Notes: generated by a model from the sequence alone, not told the origin. A stretch of 64,000 bases of DNA from a bacterium (GCA_041690355.1 JAWLHK010000002.1:186001-250000); one strand, 5' to 3'; numbered from the stretch's first letter, positions 8,455-18,923 are shown. Made by a program: numbers and translations.

Positions 8455-10299
8455 TCAGAGCGGCTGAAGCTGAGCCAGAAGTGCCCGGGCAAGCGCTCCG
8501 GCATCGGGGTGGTCGGCTACCCGGGTCGTGACGACGTCGCGCTTGCGCCGGACCCACGCCTCGGCGATACGGGCGTCCTGCATTTCGCCGGGTCCCCCCG
8601 CTCCCTTTCTCGTAAGCAGCGTGGCGACGGCCTGCGTCCATTCGCCAGCTTCCGGCGAGATTGCGCGGTGCACGCGAAGGCTCTCGACCCCGTGGCCCTG
8701 CCGGATGAGAAAGAGGCGCACGAAGTCGTCTTCGGCTGCCGGCAGCACGAACACGACGTCGCCCTGGGCCGCCAGTTCCCCTTCGCGGCGGATGGTCTGG
8801 TGCACGCCGCGCAGCACCTGGTAGCGATCGCGCAGAGCCGCCGCCCGCTCGTACTGCTGCCGCTCGGCCGCCAGAATAATCTCGGCGCGCAGCTCCGTGA
8901 GCAAGCGCCGTTCGCCACCGAGAAAGGCGCGAAGCGAGGCGACCCGTTCGCCATACTCCGCCTCCGTCTCCAGAAGTGCGCAGGGGCCGCCGCAGCGGCG
9001 CATGCCGTGCTCGATGCAGGGCGAGAAGGCGGCTTGCGGCGTCAGCATCCCGCGACAGTTTCGCAGGCGGAACGTTTCGCGCAGGGCTTTCACCTCGAGG
9101 CGGCCGCCCAGGGCGAACCGGAAGGGGCCGTACGATTCCCGTTGTTCCCTGTCGCGCCCCTCTTTGCTGAAGCGCAGGCGCGGGAACGGGTCGTTCCGGT
9201 CCAGATGCAGGTATCCGTAGCGTCCCCAGGTGCGCAGCGCGTGATTGTACTCCGGCTGGCGCAGGCGGATCTCGCGCGCTTCTTCGAGCAGAGCCTCGAG
9301 TTCACTGCCGACGACGGTGTAATCGAAGTCGCGCACCTCGAGCAGCATGCGGCTCGTTTTGCCCTTCTTGGTTCCGATGAAGTAGCTGCCGAGCCGTTTG
9401 CGCAGATTCAACGCCTTGCCGACGTAGATGACCTCGCCCTTCTCATTGCGGAACCGGTAGATGCCGGGATTTTCGGGTAAGGCGCGGATGCGCTCGGGGC
9501 CCACCTTGAAGCGCAGGGCCGCACCCTGGCCCTTGGGCTTTCGATAGGCGCGCAGCCCGTCGACCGAAGAAATGCCGGCAGACTCGGCACGCCGCAGCAG
9601 CTCGACGAGGACGTCGGCCGTTACGCGGGCGTCGCCCAGGGCGCGGTGCCGATCGGAGGTGGGAATCTTCAGGCGGGCGGCCAACGCATCGAGGTTGTAG
9701 CGGGGGCCGGGGGCGAAGCTCCGCCCCAGCTTGACGGTGCACAGTTCATGACCCGCTCCCACGGGGGCCATCCCGCGCGCGCGAAAGGCGGTGTCGAGAA
9801 AGCCGAAATCGAACTTCGCGTTGTGCGCGACGCCGACGACCCCCTGGAAAAGCCGATGCAGGCGTTCGGCCACCTCGTCGAACGGGGGCGCGTCGGCAAC
9901 CATGGCGTTATCGATTCCCGTCAAACCGGTGATGAAGGGTGGTATCGTGCGGCGCGGGCGAACCAGCGTGTGCTCTTCGCCGAGCACCTTGCCGTTGCGC
10001 ACGTAGACGGCGCCGAACTCGATGATTTCGGCCGAGGCCGGATGCACGCCGGTGGTTTCGAGGTCGACGACGAGAAAGGTCGTTTCGGCGAGGGTGTCGG
10101 CGGCGGTCGTCGCCGGGCGAAGCCAGCGCACGGCGCGCCCCTCGAACTGAAGCTCGCCGGGGAGGGCGGTTTCGAGCAGTCTCCGGGCGAGATCCGGCCC
10201 CGCATCCAGGGCGAAGGCCGCCTTGCATGCCTCGACCGGATCGCATTCACCGTGCGCTTTCAGAAAGGCGCGCAACCGCTCTGCAACTGCCTGCGACAT
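8455..10299 (-). CDS. DEDDh (DnaQ/epsilon-like) exonuclease fused to UvrC-like GIY-YIG and UVR domains
   Basis: DLETTG, AHNAKFD, HRALGDA; GIYRF...IYVGKA; Cys cluster C..C..CGGPC; UVR-like YERAAALRD. Confidence 0.9.
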   Translation of the reverse strand: MSQAVAERLRAFLKAHGECDPVEACKAAFALDAGPDLARRLLETALPGELQFEGRAVRWLRPATTAADTLAETTFLVVDLETTGVHPASAEIIEFGAVYVRNGKVLGEEHTLVRPRRTIPPFITGLTGIDNAMVADAPPFDEVAERLHRLFQGVVGVAHNAKFDFGFLDTAFRARGMAPVGAGHELCTVKLGRSFAPGPRYNLDALAARLKIPTSDRHRALGDARVTADVLVELLRRAESAGISSVDGLRAYRKPKGQGAALRFKVGPERIRALPENPGIYRFRNEKGEVIYVGKALNLRKRLGSYFIGTKKGKTSRMLLEVRDFDYTVVGSELEALLEEAREIRLRQPEYNHALRTWGRYGYLHLDRNDPFPRLRFSKEGRDREQRESYGPFRFALGGRLEVKALRETFRLRNCRGMLTPQAAFSPCIEHGMRRCGGPCALLETEAEYGERVASLRAFLGGERRLLTELRAEIILAAERQQYERAAALRDRYQVLRGVHQTIRREGELAAQGDVVFVLPAAEDDFVRLFLIRQGHGVESLRVHRAISPEAGEWTQAVATLLTRKGAGGPGEMQDARIAEAWVRRKRDVVTTRVADHPDAGALARALLAQLQPL

Positions 10300-10413
10300 G
10301 CTTTACAGGCTAGCACCCGCCCGCGGCAATGGCCAACCGGGCGTCGCTCACCCGGACGCCGGAGTGACGTGCCGGATGCCGATCCTGCCCCGCAGGTGCC
10401 CGGACGCCGCGAA

Positions 10414-10944
10414 CTATTGCTTCCGGGTCAGTTCCCGCCATCGGGCATCGTCGACGACTTCCTGCCGATATCCGGCGTGGCAGGCGACGCAGTGGTCGAG
10501 GGTCCGGTTGAGGGCCGTTAGAACCGCAGCGGAATTCTGTGTTTTTGCGGCGGCGCCGATGTTGTCGGCCGTCTCATGGAAGGCGAGCGCCCGCTTCGCG
10601 AACCCGGCGGTGGCGGCCCCCATGTGCATGCACATCTGTTGCATGGCGGGACTCGTGCCCAGCTTCTTTGCCGCAGATTCGACGGTCTTGTAGTCGCTGC
10701 GGGCCAGCGCCGCGACGACTTCATTGACTGCGGCAAGGTGCTCACGCATGTTCTGCTTCTGATGTTCGGCCATCATGGGCAGCAGGTAGAGCGGCTGGCG
10801 GGTATTGTCCTGCGCCAGGCTCGACATGGGCGCCTGCGCCCCATGTCCATGGTGCCCGTGATCGGGTTCGGCATCGGCACGGACGGCAAGAAAGGCAGGC
10901 AGGGAGAGGGCAATGACGAACATTTTCCAGGCTGTTCGGTTCAA
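10414..10944 (-). CDS. Periplasmic class II (cytochrome c'-like) monoheme cytochrome c
   Basis: Signal peptide, helical body, C-terminal CVACH heme motif. Confidence 0.8.
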   Translation of the reverse strand: MNRTAWKMFVIALSLPAFLAVRADAEPDHGHHGHGAQAPMSSLAQDNTRQPLYLLPMMAEHQKQNMREHLAAVNEVVAALARSDYKTVESAAKKLGTSPAMQQMCMHMGAATAGFAKRALAFHETADNIGAAAKTQNSAAVLTALNRTLDHCVACHAGYRQEVVDDARWRELTRKQ

Positions 10945-11408
10945 GGGGCGTCCTCCGGAAAAGGATGTTTACGTTGAAGGGCTTCGTTGAGTCGGCGGAA
11001 AGCGGTAAGGACGTCACGGCGCGCTGGCCCGGGAAGACCGGCAAGGAGATCGGCGAAAAGGGATGAACTGGCCGCTTCGACTTCTGTGGCCAGCTTGCGG
11101 CCCCGTGGCGTCAAGGAGAGCACGAGCAGCCTGCCGTCGTCGGGGTCGCGCTGCATTGCGGTATGGCCCTGCAACCCCATGCGCCGGCAGAGGCGCGTCC
11201 CATTGCTCTTGTCGATCCCCAACCGGCGCGCAAGCGCAGTCGGTGTGCACCGGGTGGCGGCGCGTTCGCACGCGAGAAGAATCATCAGGGCGTGGGCGTG
11301 CGACTTCGAAAGCGGTTTCCCGCACGGCGTTACGTGATCGTTGAGGAGGCCCATCCGCCGGATGAATTCCTGAACCTCCGAGCGTAACCGAACGGCTCCC
11401 TGGCGCAT
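10941..11408 (-). CDS. MarR-family transcriptional regulator
   Basis: LARRLGIDKSNGTRL wHTH and DPDDGRLLVLSLTPRGR. Confidence 0.88.
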   Translation of the reverse strand: MRQGAVRLRSEVQEFIRRMGLLNDHVTPCGKPLSKSHAHALMILLACERAATRCTPTALARRLGIDKSNGTRLCRRMGLQGHTAMQRDPDDGRLLVLSLTPRGRKLATEVEAASSSLFADLLAGLPGPARRDVLTAFRRLNEALQRKHPFPEDAP

Positions 11409-11430
11409 ACCAGATGCTATCAGGATAATA

Positions 11431-11444
11431 GTTGCGTACGCAAC
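11431..11444. promoter_or_regulatory. Perfect palindrome over the marR -35, probable MarR operator
   Basis: GTTGCGTACGCAAC. Minus-strand TTGCGT-N18-TAGCAT lies just before the ATG at 11408. Confidence 0.6.
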
Positions 11445-11483
11445 CAGTTGGCGCGCGCTGAGCGGGCCCCATCTGCGGGAGCT

Positions 11484-12515
11484 TTACGCCAGCACGAGAA
11501 GGAGCATCCCCCCTGTGTATCCGACCAGGATGACCACCCCTTCCAATCCGATTCCCGCCAGCCCGAACTTCTCGCGGCGGATGAACCCCATCAGCGCGAC
11601 GCCGGTGAGAAAGATGGTGAGCGCCACCAGATAGGTCTGGCGCGGCGTCAAGACGTGGTAGATGGAGCCCCCCCGGTAGGCGATATCCGACAGCGCGACC
11701 AGCAGCGTGTCGAACGCATTGCCGCCGATGATGCCGCTCACCGCCAGGGTCAGGGCGCCCTGGCGCACGGCGGCGATACCCGTGACCAGCTCGGGAAGCG
11801 ACGTGGCGACGGCCGTCATGAGGGCGCCCACCGCCGTTTCGCTCAGGCCGGTCAGCACGCTCACGGCGATGCCCGTCTGCGCCACGAGCCAGCCGCTGCT
11901 TCCCAGCAGAAGCGCGAGGATCACGAACTCGGCCAGGAGGCCCCTCAGGGACATGCGTCTCGCCGTTTCGTCGGCCACGTCCACGATGGTTTCCCGGGTT
12001 CGGGCCGGGCTCCACATCGGCGATTGCCCGGCTCTGCTGACGAGCACGATGCCGTAGACGTATATGACGACCAGGAGAATCGTGGCCGGATGAACGCCGA
12101 GGACTACGACATCCGGAGTGCCCCCCGCGAGCAGCGGAATCGTGAGCAGCGTGCAGAGCAGCGCGGCCTGCATCAGCGTGGCGCTTGACGCCGCCGCATG
12201 CTCGAGGTTCGCGCGACGATACGTCAGGTCGACGACCGCCAGAAAAGCCGTCTGGGCTGCAACGCCTCCGAGCGCATTGCTGACCGCGAGCTCGGGATAG
12301 TTTTCGGCGGCGGCGACCACCGAGGCCATGATATCGGCCAACGAGGTCGAGCCGCCGAGCAGTACGGCGCCGATGACCGCTTCACCGAGCCCCGTCCGGT
12401 CGGCCAGACGGTCGGCTACCTTGGCCATCCGCCACCCGGCGATGGTGATCATGCCGGCTGCGAGTAGAAAGAGCGCCAGGTTAAGGCCGAGTGAGAGGGC
12501 TTCGAAATCGGGCAT
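11484..12515 (-). CDS. Sodium:calcium antiporter (CaCA/YrbG family)
   Basis: Two alpha-repeats STSLAD...SNALGG and ATSLPEL...IIGGNAFD; about 10 TM helices. Confidence 0.9.
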   Translation of the reverse strand: MPDFEALSLGLNLALFLLAAGMITIAGWRMAKVADRLADRTGLGEAVIGAVLLGGSTSLADIMASVVAAAENYPELAVSNALGGVAAQTAFLAVVDLTYRRANLEHAAASSATLMQAALLCTLLTIPLLAGGTPDVVVLGVHPATILLVVIYVYGIVLVSRAGQSPMWSPARTRETIVDVADETARRMSLRGLLAEFVILALLLGSSGWLVAQTGIAVSVLTGLSETAVGALMTAVATSLPELVTGIAAVRQGALTLAVSGIIGGNAFDTLLVALSDIAYRGGSIYHVLTPRQTYLVALTIFLTGVALMGFIRREKFGLAGIGLEGVVILVGYTGGMLLLVLA

Positions 12516-12760
12516 GCGGGGAGATGAAGGTTCGCTCGTACCAGCCTACGTCAAGCCGGCCGCCGGGGTAACCGGGCCGCGCGAGAATAACCCCGGATGG
12601 GAACGCCTTCTGGCGCCGGGAGGTGTCAACCCGCCCTCTTGCAGTACCGCTGTCGAAACCCCGGGTACCGTCTCCTTACCCTAGGATGAAAGCAGAGGCG
12701 CGGTTCGTCTGCGACGGCTCGGGCTATGCCCGTTTCCGGCCCCCGGGTCAGAGTGGGGGC

Positions 12761-13225
12761 ATGGAGGCAGCCGCACGCATGCGCATCCGCCTGACTCCGG
12801 CCCGGCATCCCCTGGCCGCATTTCTGGCGCTTGTCCTGTTGCTCTCGGCCGGCTTCGAGGCGCTCGGCGCCGGTCTGCGCGGCGGGTGGGGCGAATGGGG
12901 AGAAGACATTCTGTGGTATCGCGCCTCCTGCCTCATCAACGACGTGCTGCTCGCCTGGGGCGCCTGGCTGTACGGGCGCATTCTGGGCGGTCCTGCCTGG
13001 TACCGGGCCCCCGGGAGGCACCCCCGCATCGGATTCGGGCTCGTGTTGTTGGGCGGCGCGGTCTTTCTGCTCCTGCTGGGCCAGCGCTTCGAGGCGCTTT
13101 ACGAAGACGCTTCGCCGCCCTTTGCAACCGGTTGGTTTTCGGTCGCCCATCGCGCGCTGGCGCCGCTCTGGCTCTTGTCCTGGTTGCGGCGCTGCTGCGA
13201 CCGGACACCGCTGCCGCACAGCTAG
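12761..13225 (+). CDS. Hypothetical membrane protein (3-4 TM)
   Basis: Hydrophobic Trp/Leu-rich segments. 3' end overlaps the tamA start region. Confidence 0.5.
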   Translation: MEAAARMRIRLTPARHPLAAFLALVLLLSAGFEALGAGLRGGWGEWGEDILWYRASCLINDVLLAWGAWLYGRILGGPAWYRAPGRHPRIGFGLVLLGGAVFLLLLGQRFEALYEDASPPFATGWFSVAHRALAPLWLLSWLRRCCDRTPLPHS

Positions 13226-14997
13226 GCCTGCTCGAGCCCCGCCCGGAGGTGCCGATCAAGGGGGAATCGTTTCTGCTGAAGGATCCCCCGCCGCGGTTGG
13301 GACGCATCTTTTTCGAGGGGCTCGACGAGCTCGACCGCGACGACCTGCTCGAGCGCATGGCCGTCGAGCCCCGGCCCTGGTCGGTGTGGTCGGAGCCCGA
13401 AGAGGTCGATCTGCGGACCGTGCAGGATGATATCCGGCGGGTGGAGAACGTCTACCGGCGCGCCGGATATTACCAGGCGCGTGTCGAGCGCGTCGAAGTC
13501 GAAGAGCGCCCCGAGGGGTTCGTTGACCTCTACTTTTCGGTCTACGAAGGTGAGCCGCTGCGCGTGAGCAGGACGGTCGATCTGCAGTATCCCGAGCAGA
13601 CGACGCCGGCCGTCGGGCTGCGCGCGGTCAACACGCTCGATCGCGGCGATGTCTTTTCAGAAGACAACTATTTCGCTGCCGCCGAACGCATGCGGGAGTT
13701 TCTGCAGAACGTCGGCTATTACGCGGCCGCCGTCACGCCCGAGGCCTGGCTCGATCCCGACGCCTACTCGGTGTCGGTGACCTACGTCGTCTTCGACGGG
13801 CCGCGTGTACGCTTCGGTCCGATCGCGGTCGAAGGCCTGCAGTCGGTCGACGAGTCGCTCGTGCGCCGCGAGCTCGAGTTCCAGACCGGTCAGTGGTACC
13901 AGCGCCGGCGCGTCGAAGCCACCATCGACGACCTGATGGGGCTCAATCTGTTTCGCTCGGTGCGCATCGAGCCGCGCTATCCGTCGGCGGTCTCGGACCC
14001 GATGCCGATGGTGATTCGCGTCATCGAGGGCTCGGCCCAGAACGTCCGGCTCGGGGCCGGCTATGGAACCGAAGATCAGATTCGCGCCCAGGCCATCTAT
14101 CAGCATTACAACCTCCTCGGGGGCGGACGCCGGCTGCGGGCCGCGCTGCGCGTGTCGGCCATCCTTCAGACCGCCGACGTGACCTTCGTGCAACCGCACG
14201 TGCTGAGCAAATACAATCTCTTCAGCCTGTCGGCCGGCTACCGCCGCGAAGAACGCCTCGATGCCTATTCGTTCGAGCGGTTCACGCTCACGCCGCGCAT
14301 GAACCGTCGCATCAACCGGCGGCTCACTGTGTTTGCCGGCTATCTTCTCGAATACAATTTCGCCTTCGATCTGCTGGCCCCCATCCCCCTCGAAGAGCGG
14401 CGTATCGTCGAGCCGGGGCTTCTGTCGGGCCCCGTTCTGGGGGCAGAGTGGAACTCTACGGACTCCCTCCTGTTTCCCACCGAGGGCAACGTGACCCGCG
14501 CGCTGTTCTTCTACGCCGGCCGCTGGTTCGGGGGCGAATTCGATTTCTACCGCTGGACGCTCGAGTCGCGGCAATATCTGCAGCCGGCCCGGCGCTGGGT
14601 GACGACGTTACGCATACGGGTCGGCTCGGCTGAAGCCGTCGGAAGCAGTCGCGTACCCATCTACGAGAAATTCTATTCCGGGGGCGACGCAAGCATCCGC
14701 GGATACCGCCGCGACAGGCTGGGGCCGGCCATCGGGGGGCTCACGCTCGTCGAAGGGTCGCTCGAGGCGCGCCGCCGTTTCCGCCCCCAGTGGTGGATTG
14801 CCGCATTCGTCGATGCCGGCATGGTTTCTCTGAGCCCCTACGACTGGGCCGAGAATCAACTGCGCTGGGGGGTTGGCCCCGGGGTTCTCTACGAGAGCCT
14901 CGTCGGCCTGATTCACGTCTACCTGGGCGTCCCTCTCCAGCCTCGCGTCGACGAGCCCACCTGGCGGCTGCACCTCAGCATCGGGCAGGCGTTCTGA
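13132..14997 (+). CDS. tamA: TamA/BamA-family Omp85 outer membrane protein
   Basis: POTRA repeats (GYYQARV, GYYAAAV, LNLFRSV), GAGYGTE, FYSGGDASIRGY, C-terminal LSIGQAF. Start uncertain (TTG 13132 gives a signal peptide). Confidence 0.88.
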   Translation: MVFGRPSRAGAALALVLVAALLRPDTAAAQLGLLEPRPEVPIKGESFLLKDPPPRLGRIFFEGLDELDRDDLLERMAVEPRPWSVWSEPEEVDLRTVQDDIRRVENVYRRAGYYQARVERVEVEERPEGFVDLYFSVYEGEPLRVSRTVDLQYPEQTTPAVGLRAVNTLDRGDVFSEDNYFAAAERMREFLQNVGYYAAAVTPEAWLDPDAYSVSVTYVVFDGPRVRFGPIAVEGLQSVDESLVRRELEFQTGQWYQRRRVEATIDDLMGLNLFRSVRIEPRYPSAVSDPMPMVIRVIEGSAQNVRLGAGYGTEDQIRAQAIYQHYNLLGGGRRLRAALRVSAILQTADVTFVQPHVLSKYNLFSLSAGYRREERLDAYSFERFTLTPRMNRRINRRLTVFAGYLLEYNFAFDLLAPIPLEERRIVEPGLLSGPVLGAEWNSTDSLLFPTEGNVTRALFFYAGRWFGGEFDFYRWTLESRQYLQPARRWVTTLRIRVGSAEAVGSSRVPIYEKFYSGGDASIRGYRRDRLGPAIGGLTLVEGSLEARRRFRPQWWIAAFVDAGMVSLSPYDWAENQLRWGVGPGVLYESLVGLIHVYLGVPLQPRVDEPTWRLHLSIGQAF

Positions 14998-17900
14998 TGG
15001 CGCGATCGCGTGCATCCCGGTTCGCCGTGTGGGGGTTCGTCGTCCTGCTCGTGCTCATGGCCCTGCCGATTCTGCTCTGGCAGATCGATCCGGTGCGCCA
15101 GGCCTTCGTGCAGCGGGTGCTGGAGTCGATCAGCGGGAGGCTGGAGGACGGCGACATCCGCGTCGGACGGGTCGACGGCAGTCTTCTCGACGGGCTGCAG
15201 GTCGAAGATCTCGAGTACGATCGGGGCGGCGTTCGCCTCGAGATCGCGCGGGGTGAGATCGAGTACGCGCTCGCGCCGCTGTTGCGCCGACAGGCGCGCA
15301 TCGACCGGTTGCGCCTCGAGGGGGTGCGCCTGTCGCTCTCGCCCGAGCCGGCCACGAGCCCATCCGAAGCCCTCGGCCTGCGGTTGCCTTTGCGCATTGA
15401 CGCCCCCGATATCATCGTGACCGACGGCCGGGTGCGCATCGCGTCGGCGGCGGGGGAGCACGAGCTGCGCATCGACCGGTTTGCGGGTGGCATCACGGCC
15501 GAGTCCGACCGCGTCGTTCTGCGCGTCGACGATCTGCGCGGCAGCCTGGTCGAGCCCGAAGTCGACGTCGTCTCGGCGCGTGGCACCGTGGCCGCCACCT
15601 GGCGCGCGGGGGCGCCGACCCCCGCAATCGATGTCGACCGGCTTCAAGTCAAGCTGCCGCACAGCCGCCTGCACGCAGACGGGGCCGCGCGGTTCTGTGC
15701 CGGCGAGGCTGTGAATCTGGCGTTCAGGGCTGCCCCGCTCGACCCGCGGGATACGGCGGCGGTGGGCAACCCGTTTGCCGTTCCGGTCTCGGCGACCGTG
15801 CGCGCCACGGGTACGCTTGACGCCTTGCAGTGGTCTGCCGCGCTCGATTCCACAGCCGGCAATCTACGTGCCGAGGGGAGCGCCGGCGTCCCCTTCGAGG
15901 CGCGATGCCGCCCGAACTGGGCGGGAATCGACGGCGCGGCAGCGGGCACGGTCGCGGCCCTTGCGCCGGCGCAGCTGCTGAGCGCAGAGCTCCCCGATGC
16001 GGCGAGGCGTACGCTGCTCAGTCTGGACTTTGCCGGTTCGGTCACCGATGCCGGACGTCCAGGCCGCAGCCTGTCTGCGAACTTCGAGGGCCGGCGCTCT
16101 TTGCTCAGCGGGCGTCCGGTGCGCGCATTCGACGGCCGGTTAACCTGGCGCGAGCGGCGCATCGCGGGGCGGGTCGACCTCGCCACCGAGGACTCGGCGG
16201 CACAGGTGGCCGGTGAAGTCAACCTGCGCAGCGAGCGCTACGATGGAGAGATCCGGCTTGCGGGGGCCGACCCGGGGGTCTGGCTCGGTTCGCGGTGGGC
16301 GGGGGCCGTGGACGTGCGGGCCCGAATCGAAGGCGCCGGGTTCGACCCCGAGACGCTCACGGCATCGCTCGAGGTAACGGGCGGCCGGCTGCGCATCGGC
16401 GGCGTGCGCGGCCGTCGCCTCTTCTTCGACGTCAGGGCGCGGGACGGGCTGCTCACCGTGCGCCGGGGCGAACTGGACACCAACGTCGCCGACCTGCGTG
16501 TCGAAGGGACGGCCCCGCTTCGGCCCGGGCGTGAGGGGGCCCTGCGCGCGCTCGTCCGTATGGAGAATGCGCAGGCCGTCGCTGATCTGTTTCCGGGGGC
16601 GATCACCGAGCCGGTGAGCGGCCGCGCGTTCGCGCGCGTCGTTGCCGAGGGAACTCTGGAACGCATGCGGGTCGACATTCGCCTGCGGGCCGACGCACCG
16701 CGGCTGGGAGAGACCCAGGCCGGGGCCGTTTTTCTCGATGCCGAGTCGGCCGATTTCCGCCCCCGGGCCCTGGCGGGCTCCCTGCAGACCACGCTGCGCG
16801 TGCCGGGCCTCGTGGTCGGCGGCACCATGGTCGGCGATGTCGAAGCCGCCGTTTCGGTCGAAGGAGAACGCCCCCGTTTTGCCGGCACGCTGTTCGTGGC
16901 CATCGCCCGCGCCGAAGAGCGCAGCCGCCTGCGGGGGGAGTTCACCTACCGCGCGGGCCGGCAGACCATCGTGATGGATGAGCTGGCGCTCGCCTTCGGC
17001 GGCACGCGCTGGCAGAACGAGGGGCGACTCGTCATCGAAAGCCACTCGGGACCCGGGGGGCGCAACTGGACGATCGAAAACCTTGCCTTGACGAGCGAGG
17101 GGCAACGGGTCGCGCTCGACGGCTCGCTCCAGGGCGACGGGACGCTCGACGTCGAGCTGCTGCTCAACCGTCTGCAGCTCGAACCGATTGCCGATCTGAC
17201 GGCCGCCGAAGATCAACTGACCGGTGAGTTGAACGGGTCGCTGCAGCTAACCGGAACGTTCGAACGGCCGACGGTCACCGGGGCCATCTCTGCCGTAGAC
17301 CTCCGTTCGGGCACGGTCGAACTCGATGTCTTGACCGCGACCTTCGGGCTCGACGAAGGCGTGCTCGACACCGAGATCCGGCTGGTGCAGCGGGCCGGAA
17401 CCGGCATGCTGCGGGCCGATCTGCGCATCGGCGTGCCGGGCCTCACCGCCGACGACGACTGGCGCCAGGCCCCGCTCGAGGGAACCGTGCAGGCCGAAGA
17501 CCTGCGTCTTGCCCTGCTCGATGCGTGGATCGACGAGGCGACGTTTCCGGCCGGGCGAATCACGGTCGACCTGCGGGTCGCCGGCACCCTATCTGATCCG
17601 CAGGTCGAGGGGGTGGCGCAGCTGCGCGAAGGGGCCGTGCGCGTAGCCGTCACCGGCGTCACCTACGAAGACGTGCGCGGTGACCTCTTCTTTCAGCGAG
17701 GCACGGCCGCCTTGCGCAACTTCAGCGCGCGCACGGGCGAAGGCCGGCTGCTGGCACAGGCGACCGTCGATCTGACCGATCCGCTCAACCCGGGCGCGCT
17801 GGCCGGCGAGATCACGGCCCGGCGCTTTCAGGCGGTCGATACACGCCTCGCCGGAGGAACGGTGGATGCGCGCCTGTCCCTCGTGGGGTCCTGGAGAGAG

Positions 17901-18794
17901 CCCGTGCTCGTGGGGGGCATGACCATCCGCGAACTTGAAATCCGGCCGCGTTCCGGAGAACGCGAGCTGGAGCCCCTCGAGTTCTCGTTGCCCGGCCTGC
18001 ACGTGCTCGGCGAGAGCAAAGCTCCGTCCCAGGATGTCGATCGCCGCCAGGTGCGCGCCCCGTTCTTCGAGCGCGTCGCCGTGCATGTAACCATCGAGGC
18101 AGGCCGCGACGTCTGGGTGCGGGCCGACGACATGAACCTCGAGTGGCGCGGTGACCTGCTCGTCTTCAAACAGGCCGGCGAAGAGTACCTGCGTCTCGTC
18201 GGCGATCTGGAGTCGGTGCGGGGCTTCGTGGTCGTCCAGGGGCGGCGCCTGCGCCTCGAGCGGGGACTCGTGACGTTTATGGGGACGGCGGTGCTCGACC
18301 CGCGCCTCGATCTGAACCTCTCCTACGAAACGCCCGAGTACGACATCACGGCCCGGGTGCGCGGGACGATTGCCATGCCGCGCATCGAACTGAGCAGCGA
18401 TCCGCCGCTCGAAGACGCCGACGTCCTGGCGGTGCTGCTCTTCGGCCGACCCTTCAGCGAGCTCGACCAGGGGGAGCAGACGGCCATGCGCGACCGCGTG
18501 GGTGCCGCCGTCGGCGGGGTGGCCGCCGGGCAGCTGACCCGCCTGCTCGGAGCCCGCCTGCCCATCGACGTTCTGGAGGTGCGCACCGGCGACGCGACCA
18601 CCGAGGGGCCGGGATTCGGCGTCGGAAAATACGTCACCGAAGACATCTTCGTCCAGTACGTGCAGCGCTTCGGCGCCGACGCCGACAGCGAGTTGCGGCT
18701 GGAGTATTATTTCGCACGCCGCTGGCTCGTCGTTTCGAGCGTGGGCACGTCGGGCGAAAGCGCCGTAGACGTGTTCTGGGAAACGGCCTTCTGA
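14997..18794 (+). CDS. tamB: Translocation and assembly module TamB
   Basis: N-terminal TM anchor, long beta-rich repeats, DUF490-like C-terminus (DPRLDL...P.IELSSDPPL..DVLAVLLFG...VGKYVTE). TGATG coupling to tamA. Confidence 0.9.
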   Translation: MARSRASRFAVWGFVVLLVLMALPILLWQIDPVRQAFVQRVLESISGRLEDGDIRVGRVDGSLLDGLQVEDLEYDRGGVRLEIARGEIEYALAPLLRRQARIDRLRLEGVRLSLSPEPATSPSEALGLRLPLRIDAPDIIVTDGRVRIASAAGEHELRIDRFAGGITAESDRVVLRVDDLRGSLVEPEVDVVSARGTVAATWRAGAPTPAIDVDRLQVKLPHSRLHADGAARFCAGEAVNLAFRAAPLDPRDTAAVGNPFAVPVSATVRATGTLDALQWSAALDSTAGNLRAEGSAGVPFEARCRPNWAGIDGAAAGTVAALAPAQLLSAELPDAARRTLLSLDFAGSVTDAGRPGRSLSANFEGRRSLLSGRPVRAFDGRLTWRERRIAGRVDLATEDSAAQVAGEVNLRSERYDGEIRLAGADPGVWLGSRWAGAVDVRARIEGAGFDPETLTASLEVTGGRLRIGGVRGRRLFFDVRARDGLLTVRRGELDTNVADLRVEGTAPLRPGREGALRALVRMENAQAVADLFPGAITEPVSGRAFARVVAEGTLERMRVDIRLRADAPRLGETQAGAVFLDAESADFRPRALAGSLQTTLRVPGLVVGGTMVGDVEAAVSVEGERPRFAGTLFVAIARAEERSRLRGEFTYRAGRQTIVMDELALAFGGTRWQNEGRLVIESHSGPGGRNWTIENLALTSEGQRVALDGSLQGDGTLDVELLLNRLQLEPIADLTAAEDQLTGELNGSLQLTGTFERPTVTGAISAVDLRSGTVELDVLTATFGLDEGVLDTEIRLVQRAGTGMLRADLRIGVPGLTADDDWRQAPLEGTVQAEDLRLALLDAWIDEATFPAGRITVDLRVAGTLSDPQVEGVAQLREGAVRVAVTGVTYEDVRGDLFFQRGTAALRNFSARTGEGRLLAQATVDLTDPLNPGALAGEITARRFQAVDTRLAGGTVDARLSLVGSWREPVLVGGMTIRELEIRPRSGERELEPLEFSLPGLHVLGESKAPSQDVDRRQVRAPFFERVAVHVTIEAGRDVWVRADDMNLEWRGDLLVFKQAGEEYLRLVGDLESVRGFVVVQGRRLRLERGLVTFMGTAVLDPRLDLNLSYETPEYDITARVRGTIAMPRIELSSDPPLEDADVLAVLLFGRPFSELDQGEQTAMRDRVGAAVGGVAAGQLTRLLGARLPIDVLEVRTGDATTEGPGFGVGKYVTEDIFVQYVQRFGADADSELRLEYYFARRWLVVSSVGTSGESAVDVFWETAF

Positions 18795-18923
18795 CCGCGC
18801 CTCGACGGCGTCCGTCGATGTGCCTCGACTGCCCGGTAGCGCTCGCACCCTGAACCTCCCGTGGTTGCTTACCACAGCTCCCATGATTATCTTTCATGGC
18901 AGGGAAGGAGAATCGCGCGGGGG

